A stretch of 64,000 bases of DNA from Escherichia coli. Lineage in GTDB: Bacteria; Pseudomonadota; Gammaproteobacteria; Enterobacterales; Enterobacteriaceae. Position 1 is the first letter of the stretch, and each line of letters opens with the position of its first letter. A program made the position numbers and the translations under genes. A model generated the notes under the pieces. The model ran no database searches. It had not been told where the DNA came from and saw nothing but the letters and a program-made list of their open reading frames with translations. The stretch lies in NCBI RefSeq assembly GCF_002854065.1, contig NZ_CP024147.1; one strand, given 5' to 3'. Of the stretch, positions 47,903-58,394 are shown piece by piece.

Positions 47903-47998
47903 TTTGTCCGAATATAGCGATAATTTGTCATTTTAGCTTGATTCAACATAACAATAAAAACGGTAAGGTACAGCCTCGTTTGTAACAATGAGAAGCAT

Positions 47999-49180
47999 AT
48001 GACCTGTTCAACTTCATTAAGCGGCAAAAACAGGATTGTCCTTATCGCTGGCATTCTGATGATTGCCACTACATTACGCGTCACCTTCACCGGCGCTGCA
48101 CCGTTACTCGATACGATTCGTTCCGCTTACTCGCTGACGACAGCGCAAACCGGCTTATTAACCACCCTGCCATTATTGGCCTTTGCGCTAATCTCACCTC
48201 TGGCTGCCCCGGTGGCGCGACGTTTTGGTATGGAACGTAGCCTGTTTGCCGCGTTACTTTTGATCTGTGCTGGTATCGCAATTCGCTCTCTCCCTTCGCC
48301 TTACTTATTATTTGGCGGTACAGCGGTCATTGGCGGTGGGATTGCATTAGGTAATGTCTTACTGCCAGGATTAATTAAACGCGATTTCCCTCATTCCGTC
48401 GCCAGACTTACCGGCGCATATTCCCTGACAATGGGAGCTGCGGCGGCCCTGGGATCGGCTATGGTAGTGCCGCTGGCTTTGAACGGTTTTGGCTGGCAAG
48501 GCGCGTTGCTCATGCTGATGTGTTTTCCTCTGCTGGCTCTTTTTTTATGGCTGCCACAGTGGCGAAGCCAACAACATGCAAATTTGAGTACTTCACGCGC
48601 CTTACATACTCGGGGTATCTGGCGTTCGCCGCTTGCCTGGCAGGTAACATTGTTTCTTGGGATCAACTCACTGGTCTATTACGTGATTATTGGCTGGCTT
48701 CCGGCGATCCTCATCAGTCACGGCTATAGCGAAGCACAGGCGGGTTCACTGCATGGTTTGCTGCAACTAGCCACAGCAGCTCCCGGTTTGCTGATCCCTC
48801 TTTTCTTACATCATGTGAAAGACCAGCGTGGTATTGCAGCGTTCGTTGCCTTGATGTGCGCAGTGGGCGCGGTTGGGCTCTGCTTTATGCCAGCGCACGC
48901 GATCACCTGGACTCTGCTTTTCGGTTTTGGTTCCGGCGCAACAATGATACTGGGGTTGACGTTCATTGGTCTGCGGGCTAGTTCTGCGCATCAGGCGGCG
49001 GCACTCTCGGGGATGGCACAATCCGTCGGGTATTTGTTGGCAGCCTGTGGGCCGCCGCTGATGGGTAAAATACACGATGCTAACGGTGACTGGTCCGTAC
49101 CACTAATGGGTGTTGCAATACTTTCACTACTGATGGCGATTTTCGGACTTTGCGCCGGGAGAGACAAAGAAATTCGCTAA
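47999..49180 (+). CDS. yeaN: MFS transporter (393 aa), divergent from yeaM
   Basis: ORF track 47999..49180. Confidence 0.8.
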   Translation: MTCSTSLSGKNRIVLIAGILMIATTLRVTFTGAAPLLDTIRSAYSLTTAQTGLLTTLPLLAFALISPLAAPVARRFGMERSLFAALLLICAGIAIRSLPSPYLLFGGTAVIGGGIALGNVLLPGLIKRDFPHSVARLTGAYSLTMGAAAALGSAMVVPLALNGFGWQGALLMLMCFPLLALFLWLPQWRSQQHANLSTSRALHTRGIWRSPLAWQVTLFLGINSLVYYVIIGWLPAILISHGYSEAQAGSLHGLLQLATAAPGLLIPLFLHHVKDQRGIAAFVALMCAVGAVGLCFMPAHAITWTLLFGFGSGATMILGLTFIGLRASSAHQAAALSGMAQSVGYLLAACGPPLMGKIHDANGDWSVPLMGVAILSLLMAIFGLCAGRDKEIR

Positions 49181-49234
49181 TATCCGGTGCTATAGTGACG
49201 TGACAAATCATGCGTGAAAGGGAGAACAAACACG

Positions 49235-49582
49235 ATGAATATTCAGTGCAAACGCGTTTATGATCCGGCAGAACAGAGCGATGGTTATCGCGTACTGGTC
49301 GACCGCCTCTGGCCGCGCGGTATCAAAAAAACCGATTTAGCCCTTGATGAGTGGGATAAAGAAATCACGCCGTCAACGGAACTGCGCAAAGCCTTTCACG
49401 GCGAAGTCGTCGATTTTGCAACCTTTCGCGAGCAATATCTTGCAGAACTGGCACAACACGAGCAAGAAGGAAAGCGGCTGGCGGACATCGCCAAAAAACA
49501 GCCGCTGACCCTGCTCTACTCAGCAAAAAACACCACGCAGAACCATGCGCTGGTGCTGGCCGACTGGCTACGTAGCTTGTGA
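49235..49582 (+). CDS. yeaO: DUF488 family protein (115 aa)
   Basis: ORF 49214..49582; start at MNIQCKRVYDP. Confidence 0.75.
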   Translation: MNIQCKRVYDPAEQSDGYRVLVDRLWPRGIKKTDLALDEWDKEITPSTELRKAFHGEVVDFATFREQYLAELAQHEQEGKRLADIAKKQPLTLLYSAKNTTQNHALVLADWLRSL

Positions 49583-49603
49583 TTTTAGTACAGCATCCGG
49601 CGG

Positions 49604-49858
49604 TTATTTTTCACCAGCCGGATGGTCCCGTCGCCACAATGCCCATTCATCAATCGTTTCACCGCCCGGTAATTTGCAATTGTTGCTGACCCCTTGCGCT
49701 GTCTGCACTGGAATGAGCGTCCCGCCCTTCTGCTGGCAATAGACCGACACCGGATTTGCCATACCAATCTGCGGCGGTTTAGGTGCTTCTGGCTGAGAAG
49801 GGGTTGAACAACCAGCCAGGACCAGCAAGCAAGGCAGAACAAAACTGATAATTTTCAT
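49604..49858 (-). CDS. yoaF: DUF333-family lipoprotein (84 aa)
   Basis: Signal peptide plus lipobox MKIISFVLPCLLVLAGCS. Confidence 0.75.
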   Translation of the reverse strand: MKIISFVLPCLLVLAGCSTPSQPEAPKPPQIGMANPVSVYCQQKGGTLIPVQTAQGVSNNCKLPGGETIDEWALWRRDHPAGEK

Positions 49859-50040
49859 TTATTGATCTCACATATGTATCCAAGCTTAGAGTATCGCGGT
49901 ATCGTTTTGTTTTGCAGCACTATTTTTATTACATTCACTCAAAACATATTACGTCTTATTTCATCTTTGTTGATGATGTTTTATCATGCCTGCAAAGATT
50001 AAATAATCAGCATTTACCCGCCGTATCCTGGAGTTGTTCC

Positions 50041-51066
50041 GTGTCAGATCAGATTATCGCCCGCGTCTCGCAATCCCTTGCCAAAGAACAGTCACTGGAA
50101 AGTCTGGTCCGACAGCTTCTGGAGATGCTGGAAATGGTCACTGATATGGAATCAACCTACCTGACCAAAGTGGATGTCGAAGCGCGCCTGCAGCATATTA
50201 TGTTTGCCCGTAACAGCCAGAAAATGCACATCCCGGAGAATTTTACCGTCTCGTGGGATTACTCGTTATGCAAACGCGCCATTGATGAAAACTGCTTTTT
50301 CAGCGATGAAGTCCCTGACCGTTGGGGCGACTGTATTGCGGCACGCAATCTTGGCATCACCACATTTCTGAGCACGCCAATTCACTTACCGGATGGATCA
50401 TTCTATGGCACGCTTTGCGCCGCCAGCAGTGAGAAGCGCCAGTGGAGTGAACGCGCGGAACAGGTTTTACAGTTATTCGCCGGACTGATTGCACAATATA
50501 TTCAAAAAGAGGCATTGGTTGAACAGCTGCGCGAAGCTAATGCTGCGCTGATTGCGCAATCGTATACCGACTCGTTAACCGGGCTACCGAATCGGCGGGC
50601 GATTTTTGAAAATCTGACGACGCTGTTTTCCCTCGCCCGGCATCTTAACCATAAGATAATGATCGCGTTTATCGATCTGGATAACTTCAAATTAATCAAT
50701 GATCGTTTTGGTCATAATAGTGGCGATCTGTTTCTCATTCAGGTTGGCGAGCGCCTTAATACGCTCCAGCAAAATGGCGAAGTTATTGGTCGTCTCGGTG
50801 GTGATGAGTTTTTGGTTGTTTCACTAAACAACGAGAATGCGGATATTTCGTCGCTGCGAGAACGTATTCAACAGCAAATACGTGGAGAATATCACTTAGG
50901 TGATGTTGATTTGTATTATCCCGGTGCCAGTCTTGGCATAGTAGAAGTCGATCCTGAAACGACCGATGCAGACAGTGCCCTGTATGCTGCCGATATCGCG
51001 ATGTATCAGGAGAAAAAACACAAACAGAAAACACCTTTTGTCGCGCATCCAGCGCTACATTCCTGA
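50041..51066 (+). CDS. yeaP: GAF-GGDEF diguanylate cyclase (341 aa), GTG start
   Basis: ORF 49912..51066; annotated-length start at GTG 50041 (VSDQIIARVSQ); intact GGDEF (GRLGGDEFLVV). Confidence 0.8.
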   Translation: MSDQIIARVSQSLAKEQSLESLVRQLLEMLEMVTDMESTYLTKVDVEARLQHIMFARNSQKMHIPENFTVSWDYSLCKRAIDENCFFSDEVPDRWGDCIAARNLGITTFLSTPIHLPDGSFYGTLCAASSEKRQWSERAEQVLQLFAGLIAQYIQKEALVEQLREANAALIAQSYTDSLTGLPNRRAIFENLTTLFSLARHLNHKIMIAFIDLDNFKLINDRFGHNSGDLFLIQVGERLNTLQQNGEVIGRLGGDEFLVVSLNNENADISSLRERIQQQIRGEYHLGDVDLYYPGASLGIVEVDPETTDADSALYAADIAMYQEKKHKQKTPFVAHPALHS

Positions 51067-51098
51067 GGCGTATTCACATCCTTTTGATTGGTGATAAC

Positions 51099-51197
51099 AT
51101 GCGAATCGGTATTATTTTTCCGGTTGTAATCTTCATTACAGCGGTCGTATTTTTAGCATGGTTTTTTATTGGCGGCTATGCTGCCCCGGGAGCATAA
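51099..51197 (+). CDS. yoaK: small hydrophobic protein (32 aa)
   Basis: MRIGIIFPVVIFITAVVFLAWFFIGGYAAPGA*; single TM helix. Confidence 0.5.
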   Translation: MRIGIIFPVVIFITAVVFLAWFFIGGYAAPGA

Positions 51198-51199
51198 AG

Positions 51200-51274
51200 A
51201 TGAAAAAAACAACGATTATTATGATGGGTGTGGCGATTATTGTCGTACTCGGCACTGAGCTGGGATGGTGGTAA
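51200..51274 (+). CDS. yoaJ: small hydrophobic protein (24 aa)
   Basis: MKKTTIIMMGVAIIVVLGTELGWW*; 2 nt after yoaK stop. Confidence 0.5.
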   Translation: MKKTTIIMMGVAIIVVLGTELGWW

Positions 51275-51331
51275 CGTCACCTCTAAAAATAGCAAAGGCT
51301 GCCTGTGTGCAGCCTTTGTGCAATTTAAGCG

Positions 51332-51580
51332 TTAACTTTTAATCTTCCTGTAGATAAATAGCACGACAATCGCACCAATAACGGCAACCACGAAGCTGCC
51401 AAAATTGAAGCCATCAACTTTACCAAAGCCAAACAGCGTGCTGATCCATCCGCCGACTACGGCACCGACTATCCCCAGCAGGATAGTCATAAAGAATCCA
51501 CCACCATCTTTACCTGGCATGATCCACTTCGCCAGAATACCGGCAATAAGCCCAAAAATAATCCATGACAGAATGCCCAT
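51332..51580 (-). CDS. yeaQ: GlsB/YeaQ/YmgE-family small membrane protein (82 aa)
   Basis: ORF track; Gly-rich two-helix pattern. Confidence 0.8.
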   Translation of the reverse strand: MGILSWIIFGLIAGILAKWIMPGKDGGGFFMTILLGIVGAVVGGWISTLFGFGKVDGFNFGSFVVAVIGAIVVLFIYRKIKS

Positions 51581-51727
51581 TGTTTCCTCACTTATCTGTT
51601 TTGCATTAGCGGGTTAGTCGCTGATAAAAAGCATAGCACAACATCGGGAGGGCAAGATTTGTGACGAGCATCACGGAGGATTTTTTTGCGATGGCGCAGA
51701 AATTGCGCCATCAACGATCAGTGATAA

Positions 51728-51910
51728 TTACCAACCACAAACATCATGTTCGTTTTCCGTGTCATAAGAACGCACGGTATTCACCAGATCTTTTATCACT
51801 TCAGCCGCCACTTCTGGCACCAGCAAAGTCATCGGCGTCTCTGTTTCATAATCGACAGAAACGCCATTGCTGTTATTGGTGACGGTCACGGTATACGTTG
51901 CTTTGCCCAT
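51728..51910 (-). CDS. yoaG: DUF1869 protein (60 aa)
   Basis: ORF track 51728..51910; 3 nt downstream of yeaR. Confidence 0.75.
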   Translation of the reverse strand: MGKATYTVTVTNNSNGVSVDYETETPMTLLVPEVAAEVIKDLVNTVRSYDTENEHDVCGW

Positions 51911-51913
51911 GAT

Positions 51914-52273
51914 TCATTTCCCGTTATGAATGACTTTCCGTTGTTGCGCACCTTCCATCAGGACTTCAGGAGCCACGAAGAAGTCAATGTTGAAATAAGT
52001 ATCGTCAGTCATGGCTTCAATGTTGTGCCACTTTTCTGGAGGGAACACCGCAAACTGCCCCGCTTCGATAAGGATCACCTGATCAGGCTCTGCACTGTGT
52101 TCATCAGCGTAGCCGAGATATTTGACCGCCCCATGCATAACGGAAAGGCGTGGGTAAACCCCCGGGCGCGTTCCTTTATCAAGATGACGTTCGAATATTC
52201 CGGCAGGCGCAGTTTGTTTATTCCAGAAAGGCGTTGAGCGCGTATGAATATAATTCTGTGGGATTTGCAGCAT
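51914..52273 (-). CDS. yeaR: DUF1971 protein (119 aa)
   Basis: ORF track 51914..52273. Confidence 0.8.
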   Translation of the reverse strand: MLQIPQNYIHTRSTPFWNKQTAPAGIFERHLDKGTRPGVYPRLSVMHGAVKYLGYADEHSAEPDQVILIEAGQFAVFPPEKWHNIEAMTDDTYFNIDFFVAPEVLMEGAQQRKVIHNGK

Positions 52274-52336
52274 CCTTTTCCCTCCTTCGGTGAATGCGCT
52301 GAAAACGGTTTATTCCAGCCGTTTCAGGGTACGCCT

Positions 52337-52363
52337 GATAATTTGCATTTTAAATACCATTTA
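52337..52363. promoter_or_regulatory. candidate NsrR operator upstream of yeaR
   Basis: ATAATTTGCATTTTAAATACCATTTA resembles the AT-rich inverted repeat recognised by NsrR; yeaR-yoaG is a known NsrR/NarL target. Confidence 0.4.
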
Positions 52364-52445
52364 TTGGTTATTTTTTAGCACCATATCAGAGAAGAATCAG
52401 GGAGGATTATAGATGGGAAGCCCGCGACAACGCGGGCTGAAAGCA

Positions 52446-53153
<708 letters not shown>

Positions 53154-53210
53154 TTAGAAAGGAGAAAATCAGGTTTTAACCTGATATCAACCCGATAATT
53201 GAATCATTAA

Positions 53211-54134
53211 TCAGGCATGCTCCAGTGAAAAATTCGGGTAGTGCTCGGCAAAATACTGGCGTAAAAATTCTACCGTTATCCGCACTTTCGCTGACGTCGC
53301 CAGCCTTGAAACATAAACGGCCCAGACGTTCGCTGGCTGGTAATATTCCGGTAGCACTTGCACTAAATGACCACTGGCAATGTTTTCGCTAACATCCCAC
53401 CAGGAACGCAGAGCAATCCCCTGCCCATCGAGACACCACTGATGGACAATTTCTCCATGATTAGACGACAGTGGGCCGGTGACTTTAATCGCATGGTGGC
53501 CTTCTTTATTGCGTAATTGCCAGACACCAAAAGGATGATCGCGCTCTTTAATGACCAGGCACGGCAATGCAGAAAGATCGGTTAAATGTTTCGGCGCGCC
53601 ATGTTGCGCAATAAATTCCGGCGACGCGCAGAGAATGCGGTAATTGGTCGCCAGTTTGCGGGCGATTAAATTAGGGGAGATGTCATCGCCAATGCGAATA
53701 TCGAGATCGACACCTTCATTGACCAAATCGACCAGCCGGTCTTCCACATCAAAACGTAATTCCAGTTGCGGATACGCCTTCGCCAGCGCTGATAACGCCG
53801 GAGCCACCACCTGTCGTCCAAAACCAAAGCTGCTGATAATACGCAGCATCCCCTGTGGCACCTGACGCACGTCAGAAAGTTCGTCCATCATCTGACCGAC
53901 ATCCTGCAAAATCCGCTGCGCCCATTCATAAATCCGCTCTCCTTCTTCGGTAATGGTGACGCGGCGTGTGGTGCGGTGTAACAACACCACGTTTAGCGTT
54001 TGCTCCAGCAAGGCGATGCGCTTGCTGACGAACGCCGGTGAAACGCCCAGTTCTTCCGCCACGGCGGCAAAACCAGCCCGACGAGCCACCAGCATAAAGA
54101 CGCGCAAATCATTCAGCAGCGGTAAATTATTCAT
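53211..54134 (-). CDS. dmlR: LysR-family transcriptional regulator (307 aa)
   Basis: ORF 53211..54155; start at MNNLPLLNDLRVFMLVARR; divergent from dmlA. Confidence 0.85.
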   Translation of the reverse strand: MNNLPLLNDLRVFMLVARRAGFAAVAEELGVSPAFVSKRIALLEQTLNVVLLHRTTRRVTITEEGERIYEWAQRILQDVGQMMDELSDVRQVPQGMLRIISSFGFGRQVVAPALSALAKAYPQLELRFDVEDRLVDLVNEGVDLDIRIGDDISPNLIARKLATNYRILCASPEFIAQHGAPKHLTDLSALPCLVIKERDHPFGVWQLRNKEGHHAIKVTGPLSSNHGEIVHQWCLDGQGIALRSWWDVSENIASGHLVQVLPEYYQPANVWAVYVSRLATSAKVRITVEFLRQYFAEHYPNFSLEHA

Positions 54135-54239
54135 GATTCGTGTTTTATGTTTCACCAGTTATGGGGATTAATTCCTTTTCAGTCAATTATAGGATAGTGA
54201 TGTTGTCAATTTTGATGGTCAGGAAGTGAGAACCCAATA

Positions 54240-55322
54240 ATGAAAACGATGCGTATTGCTGCGATCCCGGGAGACGGGATTGGCAAAGAAGTCCTTCCTG
54301 AAGGGATTCGCGTGTTACAGGCTGCCGCTGAGCGCTGGGGCTTCGCCTTGAGTTTTGAGCAAATGGAGTGGGCGAGCTGCGAGTATTACAGCCATCACGG
54401 TAAAATGATGCCGGACGACTGGCATGAGCAACTTAGCCGTTTCGACGCCATCTATTTTGGTGCCGTCGGCTGGCCGGACACCGTTCCGGACCATATTTCG
54501 TTGTGGGGTTCGCTGCTGAAATTTCGTCGTGAATTCGACCAGTACGTCAACCTGCGCCCGGTTCGTCTCTTTCCTGGCGTTCCCTGCCCGCTGGCGGGAA
54601 AACAGCCTGGCGACATCGATTTTTACGTGGTCAGGGAAAACACCGAAGGCGAATATTCCTCGCTCGGCGGTAGAGTGAATGAAGGTACAGAGCATGAAGT
54701 CGTCATTCAGGAATCGGTATTTACGCGTCGTGGTGTCGATCGCATTTTGCGTTATGCCTTCGAACTTGCGCAAAGCCGCCCACGTAAGACGCTAACTTCT
54801 GCCACTAAATCAAACGGTTTAGCCATCAGCATGCCGTACTGGGATGAGCGAGTGGAAGCAATGGCCGAGAATTACCCGGAGATCCGCTGGGACAAGCAGC
54901 ATATTGATATTCTCTGCGCGCGTTTTGTGATGCAGCCGGAACGCTTCGATGTGGTGGTGGCGTCCAATTTGTTTGGCGATATCCTTTCCGATCTTGGCCC
55001 GGCCTGCACCGGCACCATTGGCATTGCCCCATCCGCCAACCTGAATCCGGAACGCACTTTCCCGTCGCTCTTCGAGCCTGTCCACGGTTCCGCGCCGGAT
55101 ATCTACGGGAAAAATATTGCTAACCCTATCGCCACAATTTGGGCCGGGGCAATGATGCTCGATTTTCTCGGCAATGGCGATGAGCGTTTCCAGCAAGCGC
55201 ATAACGGTATTCTGGCAGCGATTGAAGAAGTGATTGCTCACGGGCCGAAAACACCGGATATGAAAGGCAGTGCCACCACGCCACAGGTTGCCGACGCGAT
55301 TTGCAAAATTATTTTGCGTTAA
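54240..55322 (+). CDS. dmlA: D-malate / tartrate dehydrogenase, decarboxylating (360 aa)
   Basis: Isocitrate/isopropylmalate dehydrogenase family pattern (MKTMRIAAIPGDGIGKEV...). Confidence 0.9.
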   Translation: MKTMRIAAIPGDGIGKEVLPEGIRVLQAAAERWGFALSFEQMEWASCEYYSHHGKMMPDDWHEQLSRFDAIYFGAVGWPDTVPDHISLWGSLLKFRREFDQYVNLRPVRLFPGVPCPLAGKQPGDIDFYVVRENTEGEYSSLGGRVNEGTEHEVVIQESVFTRRGVDRILRYAFELAQSRPRKTLTSATKSNGLAISMPYWDERVEAMAENYPEIRWDKQHIDILCARFVMQPERFDVVVASNLFGDILSDLGPACTGTIGIAPSANLNPERTFPSLFEPVHGSAPDIYGKNIANPIATIWAGAMMLDFLGNGDERFQQAHNGILAAIEEVIAHGPKTPDMKGSATTPQVADAICKIILR

Positions 55323-55342
55323 GGTCAAACCAGTTTATTTGA

Positions 55343-55368
55343 ACCGCGTCACTGACGCGGTTTTTTTA
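55343..55368 (+). terminator. intrinsic terminator of dmlA
   Basis: AACCGCGTCACTGACGCGGTTTTTTT. Confidence 0.6.
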
Positions 55369-55572
55369 TTCGTTCTTTGCAGTTAATAACCTGCGTCATT
55401 TCACCTTTTATTGTTTCCGTTTCGTGTTTTATGGCTTTCCGTATTCTTAATTGTTTAATTTATGTAACATGCAAATAATCAATTTGTTAAACACAACATA
55501 CAACTCATTACCCTGCAAATAATTACAACTGGCAAAAGCCAGAGACGGGCTTTTATGCCCAGGAGATGACTC

Positions 55573-57183
55573 ATGATGAGCAATGTTAAGAAAAAAGATG
55601 TGCCGCTGATAAGCATCAGCCTGGTGGCCATTCTTTTCATCGCAGCTGCATTAAGCCTTTTCCCACAACAATCGGCCGACGCGGCCAACGCAATATACAC
55701 TTTTGTTACGCGTACGTTAGGTTCCGCCGTACAGGTATTGGTTTTGCTGGCAATGGGACTGGTGATTTATTTAGCCACTAGTAAATACGGCAATATTCGT
55801 CTTGGCGAAGGAAAACCGGAATACAGCACGCTCTCCTGGCTGTTTATGTTTATTTGTGCCGGTTTAGGTTCTTCTACGCTTTATTGGGGGGTTGCTGAAT
55901 GGGCCTATTATTATCAAACGCCTGGATTAAATATCGCACCGCGTTCACAACAGGCACTCGAATTTAGCGTCCCTTACTCCTTCTTCCACTGGGGCATCAG
56001 CGCCTGGGCAACTTATACGCTGGCCTCATTAATCATGGCTTATCACTTTCATGTGCGGAAAAACAAAGGTCTGAGTCTTTCCGGCATTATTGCCGCGATT
56101 ACCGGCGTTCGCCCGCAAGGCCCATGGGGAAAACTGGTTGATTTGATGTTCCTGATCGCCACTGTCGGTGCACTGACTATTTCCCTTGTTGTCACCGCAG
56201 CAACCTTTACTCGTGGACTTTCCGCACTGACCGGTTTACCCGATAACTTCACCGTGCAGGCATTTGTGATCCTGCTTTCCGGCGGCATTTTTTGCCTAAG
56301 CTCATGGATTGGTATCAACAACGGTTTGCAACGTCTGAGCAAAATGGTTGGCTGGGGCGCGTTCCTGCTGCCATTACTGGTGCTGATTGTCGGTCCAACC
56401 GAATTTATTACCAACAGCATCATCAATGCCATCGGCCTGACCACGCAAAACTTCCTGCAAATGAGCTTATTCACCGATCCGCTTGGCGATGGTTCATTTA
56501 CCCGCAACTGGACCGTATTCTACTGGCTGTGGTGGATCTCATACACCCCTGGCGTAGCAATGTTTGTCACCCGCGTTTCCCGCGGTCGTAAGATTAAAGA
56601 AGTTATCTGGGGACTGATCCTCGGCAGCACCGTCGGTTGCTGGTTCTTCTTCGGCGTAATGGAAAGCTATGCCATTCATCAGTTTATCAATGGCGTAATC
56701 AACGTCCCACAGGTGCTGGAAACACTGGGCGGCGAAACAGCTGTACAGCAAGTTCTGATGTCGTTGCCAGCCGGTAAATTGTTCCTCGCCGCATACTTGG
56801 GCGTGATGATTATTTTCCTTGCCTCGCATATGGATGCAGTGGCCTACACCATGGCGGCGACCAGTACGCGTAATCTCCAGGAAGGTGACGATCCTGACCG
56901 TGGGCTGCGTCTTTTCTGGTGCGTGGTGATCACTCTGATCCCGCTTTCCATCTTGTTTACCGGTGCTTCGCTGGAAACGATGAAAACCACCGTCGTGCTC
57001 ACAGCCCTTCCCTTCCTCGTCATTTTACTGGTGAAAGTCGGCGGATTTATTCGCTGGCTGAAACAGGATTACGCCGACATTCCGGCTCATCAAGTTGAAC
57101 ATTATCTCCCGCAGACACCGGTTGAAGCCCTGGAAAAAACACCAGTGCTCCCTGCGGGAACCGTATTCAAAGGCGACAACTGA
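55573..57183 (+). CDS. yeaV: BCCT-family transporter (536 aa from ATG; a shorter internal TTG start is possible)
   Basis: ORF track 55573..57183 with AGGAG RBS before ATGATG; N-terminal 55 residues form a hydrophobic helix. Confidence 0.8.
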
Positions 57184-57214
57184 GCGCCATCATCCTAACG
57201 ATAAAGGTATCCCT

Positions 57215-58339
57215 ATGAGCAATCTGAGCCCTGACTTTGTACTACCCGAAAATTTTTGCGCTAACCCGCAAGAGGCGTGGACCATTCCTGCCCGTTTTTA
57301 TACCGATCAGAACGCCTTTGAACACGAAAAAGAGAACGTCTTCGCCAAAAGCTGGATTTGCGTCGCTCACAGCAGCGAACTGGCGAATGCCAATGATTAT
57401 GTGACGCGTGAGATCATTGGCGAAAGCATCGTGCTGGTACGCGGTCGTGATAAGGTTTTGCGCGCGTTCTATAACGTGTGTCCGCACCGTGGTCATCAGT
57501 TGTTGAGCGGTGAAGGAAAAGCAAAAAATGTGATTACCTGCCCATATCACGCATGGGCATTCAAACTCGATGGCAATCTGGCCCATGCACGTAACTGCGA
57601 AAACGTCGCCAATTTCGATAGCGACAAAGCGCAACTGATTCCGGTGCGTCTGGAAGAATATGCCGGATTCGTCTTCATCAACATGGACCCCAACGCCACC
57701 AGCGTAGAAGATCAGTTACCCGGTCTGGGCGCGAAAGTGCTGGAAGCCTGCCCGGAAGTCCACGATCTGAAACTGGCGGCCCGCTTTACCACCCGCACGC
57801 CTGCCAACTGGAAGAACATTGTCGATAACTATCTCGAGTGCTATCACTGTGGTCCGGCGCATCCAGGTTTCTCCGACTCCGTACAGGTTGATCGTTACTG
57901 GCACACCATGCACGGTAACTGGACGCTGCAATACGGTTTCGCCAAACCGTCCGAACAGTCGTTTAAATTTGAAGAGGGTACGGATGCGGCATTCCACGGT
58001 TTCTGGCTGTGGCCGTGCACGATGCTGAACGTCACCCCGATCAAAGGGATGATGACGGTCATTTATGAATTCCCGGTGGATTCTGAAACTACCCTGCAAA
58101 ACTACGATATTTACTTCACCAATGAAGAGTTAACCGACGAGCAAAAATCGCTGATTGAGTGGTATCGCGATGTGTTCCGTCCGGAAGATTTACGTCTGGT
58201 TGAAAGCGTACAGAAAGGGCTGAAATCGCGTGGCTATCGTGGTCAGGGGCGCATCATGGCCGACAGTAGCGGTAGCGGCATTTCCGAACATGGTATCGCC
58301 CATTTCCATAATCTGCTGGCGCAGGTATTTAAGGACTAA
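57215..58339 (+). CDS. yeaW: Rieske-type oxygenase subunit, carnitine monooxygenase-like (374 aa)
   Basis: ORF 57095..58339; start at MSNLSPDFVLPENF; Rieske motif CPHRGH...CPYHAW. Confidence 0.85.
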   Translation: MSNLSPDFVLPENFCANPQEAWTIPARFYTDQNAFEHEKENVFAKSWICVAHSSELANANDYVTREIIGESIVLVRGRDKVLRAFYNVCPHRGHQLLSGEGKAKNVITCPYHAWAFKLDGNLAHARNCENVANFDSDKAQLIPVRLEEYAGFVFINMDPNATSVEDQLPGLGAKVLEACPEVHDLKLAARFTTRTPANWKNIVDNYLECYHCGPAHPGFSDSVQVDRYWHTMHGNWTLQYGFAKPSEQSFKFEEGTDAAFHGFWLWPCTMLNVTPIKGMMTVIYEFPVDSETTLQNYDIYFTNEELTDEQKSLIEWYRDVFRPEDLRLVESVQKGLKSRGYRGQGRIMADSSGSGISEHGIAHFHNLLAQVFKD

Positions 58340-58394
58340 TGACATCGGCGGCGGTATTTTCCGCCGCCGGGCTGATTTTTGATGGAGTACAGCA

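Noticed and set aside
51620-51700. Hairpin GATGGCGCA-gaaat-TGCGCCATC between yeaQ and yoaG
   Set aside because: The T-run precedes rather than follows the stem on the plus strand, and an A-run follows it on the minus strand, so it does not fit an intrinsic terminator in either direction; function undetermined.
54237-54242. Possible one-codon difference at the dmlA start (single ATG here, where I vaguely recall a tandem Met start)
   Set aside because: Depends entirely on an uncertain memory of the reference N-terminus; not verifiable from the sequence alone.
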